This document shows, piece by piece, positions 38,167 to 45,262 of a stretch of 64,000 nt of DNA. Position 1 is the first letter of the stretch. Each line of letters opens with the position of its first letter. The notes below the pieces were generated by a model, which did not search any database, was not told where the DNA came from, and worked only from the letters and a program-made list of their open reading frames with translations. The translations under genes and the position numbers were made by a program. Source of the DNA: a virus (lineage: Duplodnaviria > Caudoviricetes); the IMG/VR virus record IMGVR_UViG_3300044213_000090, positions 519 to 64,518 of that record; one strand, written 5' to 3'.

Positions 38167-38742
38167 CTATCCAAAAGTAATCGTTGCTGTTCTCAACTTG
38201 TCGTCTAGTATTTCGCTTAACTTCTCCTCTACGATTTCATCAATAACCGACTCGACTCTATCCTGAACCAAATCCCCAAAGTCTACATGATCATTTGCAT
38301 CAAACTGATTACGCATATACCTTTCTACCTGATCGCCAATCTCGTATTCAAAATCTTTATCTCTAACTGCATCATCTAACTGCTCGTCAACCATTTCTCT
38401 AAACCATTCAGCCTGTTGTAAAACAATCCCTACTGCCTCCGCTAAATCCCCCGAAGAAGATGACACTGGTTGTTTGGGTTGTAGTTCGAGAAGGGCATTG
38501 ACTAATTGATTAAAGGATTGTGTAAGTTGTTGTGCTAGTTGGGTGATGTCTGTCGTGGAGATTTTCTCCACTTGTATTACCCCGCCTTGCGGTGCTTCAA
38601 ACTTCTTAAAATCAATAGCCTCATATTGCGCCCCAGTTGCGCCTTGTATAATTTGATTCTGCTCTTGGTTTTGTATTGCGTCCATCGCTTCTTTCTCCTC
38701 AGGTGTTTCGGTTGTTAAGTCTTGCATTGTGAATGTTGTCAT
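38167..38742 (-). CDS. highly acidic hypothetical protein
   Basis: MTTFT..DL start; Asp/Glu-rich C-half. Confidence 0.65.
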   Translation of the reverse strand: MTTFTMQDLTTETPEEKEAMDAIQNQEQNQIIQGATGAQYEAIDFKKFEAPQGGVIQVEKISTTDITQLAQQLTQSFNQLVNALLELQPKQPVSSSSGDLAEAVGIVLQQAEWFREMVDEQLDDAVRDKDFEYEIGDQVERYMRNQFDANDHVDFGDLVQDRVESVIDEIVEEKLSEILDDKLRTATITFG

Positions 38743-39179
38743 GTTGTTTCGCTTTCTGTTAGTTCGTTGTTTTCATTTAAGATTGGTTTGGTATTGCCTA
38801 CATCAATACAGATACTCGGGCGGTTCACGCTAATGTAGTCATACAAGTCCCAACAGTCATCGCCGTTGCCGTCTTCTTCTAGGTCATCAGCTTGTTCACC
38901 GCACCTGATAAACAATGATGCCGTTTCTTCATAGTCTTCTACTGCATCTTCTAACAGCTTTTGGTGTGCCTTAACATCAGGGTAATCGTCATACCACTTC
39001 ACTTCTTGGGCGTAGAAATATAGGTATTGCTCTGTCTGTGTCGTTTGTATTTGATGTAGTTCGCCTAGTGCTTGGGTTATGTGTTCGTCTTTCTTGCACA
39101 GTTGCACCCCTATGAATGTATCTAACTGCTCTTTATCCCTGAACCTAATTACATACGCTACCTCTGATCTATACCCCAT
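38739..39179 (-). CDS. hypothetical protein
   Basis: MGYRSEV, KWY, FIRCGE..DD.E motif. Confidence 0.7.
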   Translation of the reverse strand: MGYRSEVAYVIRFRDKEQLDTFIGVQLCKKDEHITQALGELHQIQTTQTEQYLYFYAQEVKWYDDYPDVKAHQKLLEDAVEDYEETASLFIRCGEQADDLEEDGNGDDCWDLYDYISVNRPSICIDVGNTKPILNENNELTESETT

Positions 39180-39270
39180 AAACCCCCCTGATTGATAAGC
39201 GAATAACAGAAACTAAAATAATAAATGCGACTAAAACTACTGCAAACACAATTCTATCTGCCAACATCAT
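39169..39270 (-). CDS. small TM peptide (33 aa, MMLADRIVFAVVLVAFIILV...)
   Basis: Read manually; TGATG coupling; SD GGAGG. Confidence 0.45.
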   Translation of the reverse strand: MMLADRIVFAVVLVAFIILVSVIRLSIRGVYGV

Positions 39271-39365
39271 CACCTCCCCAAAAACCAAATGAAATGCCCC
39301 AAAAAATAAAGGCTACCGAGAACGATAGCCACCCTAAATACCCAATCTAAATCAAACCACCTCAT
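39270..39365 (-). CDS. small TM peptide (31 aa, MRWFDLDWVF...)
   Basis: Read manually; ATGA coupling; SD AGGAGG. Confidence 0.45.
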   Translation of the reverse strand: MRWFDLDWVFRVAIVLGSLYFLGHFIWFLGR

Positions 39366-39577
39366 AGTAAAACCTCCTGTAATCGTAGTGCGTGTAATGT
39401 TTGTGTTGTGTATAAGTAGCCATCGTCCCCCGTTAAATACCGCACCCTTGCTGTGCCGTCATCATAGAACTTCAATATCTCATACCTACTGTATAGTCCT
39501 CGTTTGTCTTTCAATGTAACCCATTGATTCTCAAATACTTCTTGCCCTGTCTTCTTGTTGATGATGATGGTTTTCAT
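39362..39577 (-). CDS. hypothetical protein
   Basis: SD AAGGAGG. Confidence 0.6.
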   Translation of the reverse strand: MKTIIINKKTGQEVFENQWVTLKDKRGLYSRYEILKFYDDGTARVRYLTGDDGYLYTTQTLHALRLQEVLL

Positions 39578-39774
39578 TTGATTAGTCCTCCTTTGTTGTT
39601 GATACCTTTGAGATCGTCTGTATTAAACATCGCCACATAGTTGCTCTTGTGCATCGGCACCACCGTAAACTTCCTTTTCTTCGCCTCAACATCACCGCAC
39701 TTTAAACAAACCCTATACCCTAGCCTGTATCTTTCAATACTTATTTCCTCTTTTCCGCACTCGCATTCAATCAT
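39574..39774 (-). CDS. small zinc-finger protein
   Basis: CECG..R..LGY..CLKCG..PMHKSNY. Confidence 0.65.
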   Translation of the reverse strand: MIECECGKEEISIERYRLGYRVCLKCGDVEAKKRKFTVVPMHKSNYVAMFNTDDLKGINNKGGLIK

Positions 39775-40264
39775 CTTGGTTCTCCTTTAGTTTTGGTCGT
39801 GGGAATATGGCTTTCCTCTTTGCTTTGTAGCAATAAGGTATTGAATCGTATAGTTTTATTAGTTCTTCCTTTTCTTTTGGGTTTACCCAATCTACCCATG
39901 TTCTTTTCTCCCTGTCTGTGTTGATTGGTGTTGCCTTGCGTTCTAGTTTGTGTTTGGTAAGCGTGATGCGGGTATCTAGTAGGGCATCGAGGTATTGGCG
40001 GTAGAAGTCGGCAGTCTGAGGGTTTGCCTTTGCGTGATAGACGATGTTTGCCCTGACCACGTTGATCTCCTTAGTTAGCGGTCGTATCATTTCGAGCCAC
40101 CTCTTATACCTGATCTTGTTCTCGACTCGGGTTTGGTTTATCTGTTTCTTGCGTAGTGCTACTTGTTCTTTGATTTGATCTACTGTGTAGTCAGGTAAGT
40201 TTCGTTTCATCAATAGGTTGTGTAGTTGATTACGTGATAGCTTGGTGTATGTTGAGTGTCGCAT
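39767..40264 (-). CDS. basic hypothetical protein
   Basis: SD GAAAGGA; WVDWV motif. Confidence 0.65.
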   Translation of the reverse strand: MRHSTYTKLSRNQLHNLLMKRNLPDYTVDQIKEQVALRKKQINQTRVENKIRYKRWLEMIRPLTKEINVVRANIVYHAKANPQTADFYRQYLDALLDTRITLTKHKLERKATPINTDREKRTWVDWVNPKEKEELIKLYDSIPYCYKAKRKAIFPRPKLKENQDD

Positions 40265-40299
40265 TGTTGTCCTTTCGTGGAGGTTTTCTCCACTTTGTC

Positions 40300-40600
40300 C
40301 TACTTGTTTGTGATTTTGTCCACTTGATACCTCGGTTTAATTAAACTCTCTGTATCTGTCGGACGACCGCTAAGCCTTATAGTATTTGAGTTTGCCATGG
40401 TTGTGTCCCGATGTCCATTAAAATTTGGGAAAATATGAAAGCCAAAGGAAGAACCAAGTTCTGAAGATGTCCACTTATATAAGCCTATATATATAAATAT
40501 CTTTATCTTTAATTATATATATACATTGTGGACAGAAGTGGACAGGACTCATATAGCATAAGGCTTAGCGGTCGACCATTGCGGTTCCACCACTATAAAA
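40300..40600. other. putative replication origin / non-coding control region
   Basis: AT-rich TATATA core (40477-40524) flanked by inverted TGTCCAC motifs and a perfect 17-bp inverted repeat (40364-40380 / 40558-40574). Confidence 0.5.
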
Positions 40601-40619
40601 TAAGGTGATTTTGTCGGAC

Positions 40620-40639
40620 TACTGTATATAACACCAGTA
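40620..40639. promoter_or_regulatory. LexA (SOS) box-like site
   Basis: TACTGTATATAACACCAGTA matches taCTG-N10-CAGta. Confidence 0.6.
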
Positions 40640-40652
40640 GCCCCCTCATCTA

Positions 40653-40895
40653 TCAAGACCTCGCTTCCTCCCATTGTGTTTTATGGTTCATAGCAAGCTG
40701 ATACGTGGTCATCATGAGCCATTCGCCACCTAGTTGATAGCTAGCCCTCATCTCATTCCATGCGTGCTTAGCGGTGTTGTATGACAGGAATGGTTGGGGT
40801 TGTTTCTTGGTGTTGCGCTTGAACTCAATGATTACCCCATCACGCTTGCATACTACATACCAGTTGTTAGGGTTACGTTGTGCTTTGTTTTTCAT
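40653..40895 (-). CDS. hypothetical early protein
   Basis: Start moved to MKNKAQ after SD AAAGGAG. Confidence 0.6.
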   Translation of the reverse strand: MKNKAQRNPNNWYVVCKRDGVIIEFKRNTKKQPQPFLSYNTAKHAWNEMRASYQLGGEWLMMTTYQLAMNHKTQWEEARS

Positions 40896-40971
40896 GTTGA
40901 TTCTCCTTTGGTTTGACATGATATGAAACTGCGTAGAAGCCTCGCACTCCCACGCTTTTCCTGATAACACC

Positions 40972-41385
40972 TTAAATCTTTGCGAGGAATTGTTTGCGCT
41001 GTGTTGCTGTGAGAGCTTTGAATTGCTTGAGTAGTTGCTCTACTTTGTTTGGCTTAGCCTTAGTAGCTTTCTTCGTGGAGGTTTTCTCCACTTGGCTTGG
41101 CATATAGTATTTGAGCATGGCTCTCGCTTGCTCGCTTGCATCACTACCACCATTCTGCTTAGCCTCAAAGCCTAGCGAGCCTGCATAGTTGCCTTTGGTA
41201 ATTTCGATTGTGGGAACTCGTTTCTTAATGCTAATCAGGCGTGCTATGTTGCTACGCACCTCTAACTGTTGTGCAATCTTCATGGCGTTGAACACAGGTG
41301 CGAACTTCTGCATGGCATCACCGAGATTAAAGCCTGACTCAATGTGTTGCTCGACCGCGTTGATGTAGTTAGTTACTTGTTTCAT
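40972..41385 (-). CDS. first early gene, hypothetical
   Basis: Start moved to MKQVTNY after GAAAGGT; C-terminal LTATQRKQFL. Confidence 0.65.
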   Translation of the reverse strand: MKQVTNYINAVEQHIESGFNLGDAMQKFAPVFNAMKIAQQLEVRSNIARLISIKKRVPTIEITKGNYAGSLGFEAKQNGGSDASEQARAMLKYYMPSQVEKTSTKKATKAKPNKVEQLLKQFKALTATQRKQFLAKI

Positions 41386-41439
41386 GATATTACCTTTCGT
41401 TGTGTATCGGCTTGGCACTATGCCTTACTCGATAACTCT

Positions 41440-41470
41440 ATTATACCAAATGGACTACTATATCTAGTAT
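41440..41470 (-). promoter_or_regulatory. early leftward extended -10 promoter with overlapping NrdR-box-like site
   Basis: TG-G-TATAAT (41448-41440); CTACTATATCTAGTAT at 41455-41470. Confidence 0.55.
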
Positions 41471-41824
41471 GGATTTGGCTTATTCTGACCCCACCCTACC
41501 CCCACCAAGCCATATTTGGCTGACCATGCCCACGGTGCCCATACACTATTTGTCTGGCGCAAACTAAAAAATGTCAAAATTTTGTAAAATTTTCTATAAA
41601 ATCAATCACTTCCATGTCAAATATTTGACCAAAAATAGGACATCACCTGCTTATTAAAGGACTCATTAATAAGGCCTTAACCTACTTAAAGACTCTTTAA
41701 TAAGGCAATAAAAACGCACATAAACCAAACAACATGTTAAAAATGTCAACAAAACGGTAAATAGACCCAAAAGCCGTCAATAAAAACGCAAATAAAAAGG
41801 TTCCAAAACGGAACCTAAAAAATA

Positions 41825-41853
41825 TTGCAGTGCAACAAAATGTAGCGTATACT
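41825..41853 (+). promoter_or_regulatory. sigma70 promoter with TGCAGTGCAACA (PhaR-box-like) over the -35
   Basis: TTGCAG, 17 nt, TATACT; palindrome TTGCA-G-TGCAA. Confidence 0.5.
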
Positions 41854-41914
41854 TTACAAAAACCCGGAATTGTAAAGTTTTGGGATCATCAATGTAAACT
41901 TAAAAGGAAACGCT

Positions 41915-42043
41915 ATGTACGATTTTTATAAACCGCTAGAACTAAACAAAACTTACCAACAGGTTGAGGGCTGGGTAAAAACCGCCTATGACTTCTGGTT
42001 AGATGTTGCAATCGACACCATCAAGATGATCAAAACCAAGTAA
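41915..42043 (+). CDS. small amphipathic protein (42 aa, MYDFYKPLEL...)
   Basis: Read manually; SD AAAAGGA; own promoter upstream. Confidence 0.55.
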   Translation: MYDFYKPLELNKTYQQVEGWVKTAYDFWLDVAIDTIKMIKTK

Positions 42044-42047
42044 CCAT

Positions 42048-42135
42048 AAAAAAAAAAACCCCCGGGCGTTTTAAGTCCGGGGGCTAACCTCACACCGACG
42101 CCACAACGAAAGGAGAAGTAAAAACGCCGGTAAGT
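42048..42135 (-). ncRNA. candidate small regulatory RNA with anti-SD loop and intrinsic terminator
   Basis: Minus-strand stem 42123-42131/42094-42102 needs G-U pairs; loop UUUACUUCUCCUUUCGUUGU; GC hairpin followed by 11 U. Confidence 0.5.
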
Positions 42136-42168
42136 GAAAGTATACAGAAAAAATTAAAAAACAAAACC

Positions 42169-42197
42169 TAGCAAAATCAAAAAAAGTAGCATATACT
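42169..42197 (+). promoter_or_regulatory. promoter of terminase/late operon
   Basis: TAGCAA, 17 nt, TATACT. Confidence 0.45.
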
Positions 42198-42250
42198 ACG
42201 CAAAATCGTGGGCCCATCCACGCAACCAAAAGGGATTAAAACTTATCACA

Positions 42251-42874
42251 ATGCTACTAGACCATCTAGTTTCAGCAAAAGCGGCAGACTACGCTCCGGA
42301 AACACTACCGGACGAGACTCTCTTCGTCCCCATTAAAGACGCCAGCGTAAAAGAAACCATCGACGCCCAAGTAAACACAGCGGATTGGCTAAAAACCATA
42401 ACCGACGATGACGAAGAATTATTGGATAGGGCTCAGGAACAAAGAGTTGGCGAAGCATTTGGCGCGTTAATAACAAACAACCCCCAAGCCAAGGAAAAGC
42501 TGCTCGAACTCGAGCTCCCCGAAGAAGTAAAGTCAGCCGTATCCATGGTGACAGCCTATCAGTGGAAGTTCGTAGAGCAAGCGCAAGAGCTGCGCAGTAT
42601 GAGCGTAGCTAAAATCGTAAAAGAAACCGACCATCCGGATGCAAGAATAAGACTTAAAGCATTGGAACTATTAGGAAAAGTGACAGAGGTCGCCCTGTTT
42701 ACAGACAGGGTAGAAGTTAAAAAGACTGAGATGAGCGACGAGGAGCTTGAAGCCCAGATCAAGAAAAAGCTAGAAAGATACATGGGCGTGGTGGATGTAG
42801 TTGAGGCGGAAGCCAAGCCAGTAGAAGACGATGAAGACGTTGGAATCGTAAAAGAAGTTAAGCCTAAAGACTAA
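42251..42874 (+). CDS. terminase small subunit (putative)
   Basis: RLKALELLGK..LFT motif; directly upstream of the large terminase. Confidence 0.7.
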   Translation: MLLDHLVSAKAADYAPETLPDETLFVPIKDASVKETIDAQVNTADWLKTITDDDEELLDRAQEQRVGEAFGALITNNPQAKEKLLELELPEEVKSAVSMVTAYQWKFVEQAQELRSMSVAKIVKETDHPDARIRLKALELLGKVTEVALFTDRVEVKKTEMSDEELEAQIKKKLERYMGVVDVVEAEAKPVEDDEDVGIVKEVKPKD

Positions 42875-42884
42875 AACAAAACGG

Positions 42885-44405
42885 ATGAATCTCGACTTCC
42901 TAACCCCCGAAGAAGCGATGGCTGCACGCCTAGCGCTAAAGGATATGACAACCGCTGAGAAGGAAGCGTACTTGGCGTTGTTAGATGAGAAGGAAAGACG
43001 GCACGAATTAAAGCTAGCGCAACAAAACCCCATCTCATTTGCTAAATACGTCTACCCCGGATTCAAAGTAGGACCGCACCATAAAAAGCTCGCCAAGATA
43101 TTTGAGGATGTGATCGCAGGTAAGAAAAAGCGTGTAATCATAAATATTGCACCACGTATGGGAAAGTCTGAGTTTTCTAGCTATCTGTTTCCTGCATACT
43201 TTCTAGGTAAATACCCTAATAAAAAAATCATTATGGCTACGCATACGGCGGGTTTGTCTGAGGATTTTGGTAGAAGAGTCAGGAATTTAATTGACAGTGA
43301 AGAATACCACGAAGTGTTTCCGGGAACGGTGGTTGCCGACGATCAAAAAGCCGCAGGTAAATGGAGCACTGGTGCTGGCGGGCAGTATTACGCTGTTGGT
43401 GTTGGGGGAGCCTTGGCAGGACGAGGCGCTGACTTGTTTGTTATTGACGACCCTCATTCTGAACAAGATATAAAAGCGAACTCTAGGGCTACGTTTGATA
43501 ATGCGTGGTCTTGGTTTCAGACTGGTCCGTTGCAGCGTTTGATGCCGGGTGGTGCAATTATTGTCATTATGACAAGGTGGAGTCTTGTTGATTTAACAGG
43601 GCGGTTGGTGAACTTCACTATGCAGAACCCCGAAGCAGAACCATGGGAAGTGGTAGAGCTACCAGCGATCCTCCCATCAGGCAAATCATTGTGGCCAGAG
43701 CAATGGCCGTTAGAACAACTAGAAGCTAAAAAACTTCAGATGGACCCGCGGTACTGGAACGCTCAGTACATGCAAAACCCCACAGGGGATACAAGCGCAT
43801 TAATAAAAAGGTCGGACTGGAGAATCTGGGAAGCAGAAAGTCCCCCGGAAGTAAAGTACGTAATACAGTCTTGGGATACGGCGTTTGAAACAAAGACAAC
43901 ATCTGACTATAGCGCCTGCACAACTTGGGGTGTTTGGTATAACGAGGAAGAGGGCAATGCCCCGCAGTTAATTTTGTTAGATGCGTTCAAAGATCGGATG
44001 ACATTCCCAGAACTCAAAGCCACAGCGCTAAAACACTACAAAGAGTGGGAGCCAGACGCCTTCATAGTGGAGAAAAAAGCATCGGGAGCGCCGCTAATAC
44101 AAGAACTTAGAAGAATGGGGATACCTGTGGACGAGTTCACCCCCAGCAGAGGAAACGACAAAATTGCTAGGGTTAATTCGATATCAGACCTTTTTGCTTC
44201 AGGGATTGTTTGGGCTCCAGATAGGCGGTGGGCCAAGGACGTGATAGAAGAAGTGGCTGCGTTCCCAGTTGGCGAGCATGATGACTTTGTGGATACGGTA
44301 TCTCAGGCGTTAATCCGATACAGAAACGGCGGGTTTATTAGCTTAGATACTGATGAGAAAGATGATTTGACGTACAAGTACCGCCGTCGAGCGGCGTATT
44401 ACTAA
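42885..44405 (+). CDS. terL: terminase large subunit
   Basis: APRMGKS, GRGADLFVIDDPH, MTRW, SWDTA, IVEKKASG, HDDFVD. Confidence 0.95.
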   Translation: MNLDFLTPEEAMAARLALKDMTTAEKEAYLALLDEKERRHELKLAQQNPISFAKYVYPGFKVGPHHKKLAKIFEDVIAGKKKRVIINIAPRMGKSEFSSYLFPAYFLGKYPNKKIIMATHTAGLSEDFGRRVRNLIDSEEYHEVFPGTVVADDQKAAGKWSTGAGGQYYAVGVGGALAGRGADLFVIDDPHSEQDIKANSRATFDNAWSWFQTGPLQRLMPGGAIIVIMTRWSLVDLTGRLVNFTMQNPEAEPWEVVELPAILPSGKSLWPEQWPLEQLEAKKLQMDPRYWNAQYMQNPTGDTSALIKRSDWRIWEAESPPEVKYVIQSWDTAFETKTTSDYSACTTWGVWYNEEEGNAPQLILLDAFKDRMTFPELKATALKHYKEWEPDAFIVEKKASGAPLIQELRRMGIPVDEFTPSRGNDKIARVNSISDLFASGIVWAPDRRWAKDVIEEVAAFPVGEHDDFVDTVSQALIRYRNGGFISLDTDEKDDLTYKYRRRAAYY

Positions 44406-44413
44406 AGGAGAAG

Positions 44414-44713
44414 ATGATGTATATGTTAAGCACATTAGATGTTTTGTATGGGGAAGTACAGCGGGCTAAACGCATAGAAGCGTACTGTGAAGAAGAGCCA
44501 AAAATGCAGATTCGTTGGAAAAACAGTTCTAGAGAAGGTATGGGACGCGGCGATTGGGAGAAACGGTTTGCTAAAGAGGCACTAAGCGCCTACCCAGACA
44601 TTAAAGATTATGTAGCGGCTGTTGAAGCTAAAAACATAATGCTGGAAGAAACGGTGCGTGAACTGCGGGTAAAAATACTAGAGCTAGAAGAAGGTAAAAC
44701 CGATGCTAAATAA
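44414..44713 (+). CDS. hypothetical coiled-coil protein
   Basis: SD AAAGGAG. Confidence 0.55.
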   Translation: MMYMLSTLDVLYGEVQRAKRIEAYCEEEPKMQIRWKNSSREGMGRGDWEKRFAKEALSAYPDIKDYVAAVEAKNIMLEETVRELRVKILELEEGKTDAK

Positions 44714-45254
44714 CTTTTTTTGGGTGTATCCGGGTGTAATTTCGGGTGTTTTATGCGATTACATGGTCAAATCTGCGCCATGGAAAGACAAATACAGCGC
44801 AGAACTATCAAAGGATAATAAAAATTTATTTGTGGATGACGACATTCGCAAAACAGAGGTCACATTTACAAACCCCTACACACCGTTAGGCTGCATGCTG
44901 CAGACCTATACCAACTTAGCTAACAAAGAAGCGGGTTGGAATTTTGATATTACGGATTTTGAGCAAATTCAAATAGGAAAATATGAAGACGGCGGCCATT
45001 ATGATTGGCATATTGATAGTTTTACTCCCGATGCGGCTAATAAACAGCGTAAACTATCGGCAGTAGCGTTCTTAAGTGACCCAGACACCTATGAAGGCGG
45101 CGTTTTTGAATTTAAAATAGCAGCATTACCGGAAAAAATGCCGAAAGGTACGCTTATTGTTTTTCCTTCGGTATTGGAGCACAGAGTTACTGCCGTAGAT
45201 GACGGCATACGATACACCGCAGCATGCTGGGCTTCAGGTCCAGCTTTTAGATAG
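44703..45254 (+). CDS. 2OG-Fe(II) oxygenase (prolyl-4-hydroxylase-like)
   Basis: YDWHID, RKLS, YEGG, FPS..HRV, G.R. Confidence 0.9.
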   Translation: MLNNFFWVYPGVISGVLCDYMVKSAPWKDKYSAELSKDNKNLFVDDDIRKTEVTFTNPYTPLGCMLQTYTNLANKEAGWNFDITDFEQIQIGKYEDGGHYDWHIDSFTPDAANKQRKLSAVAFLSDPDTYEGGVFEFKIAALPEKMPKGTLIVFPSVLEHRVTAVDDGIRYTAACWASGPAFR

Positions 45255-45262
45255 GATAGATT

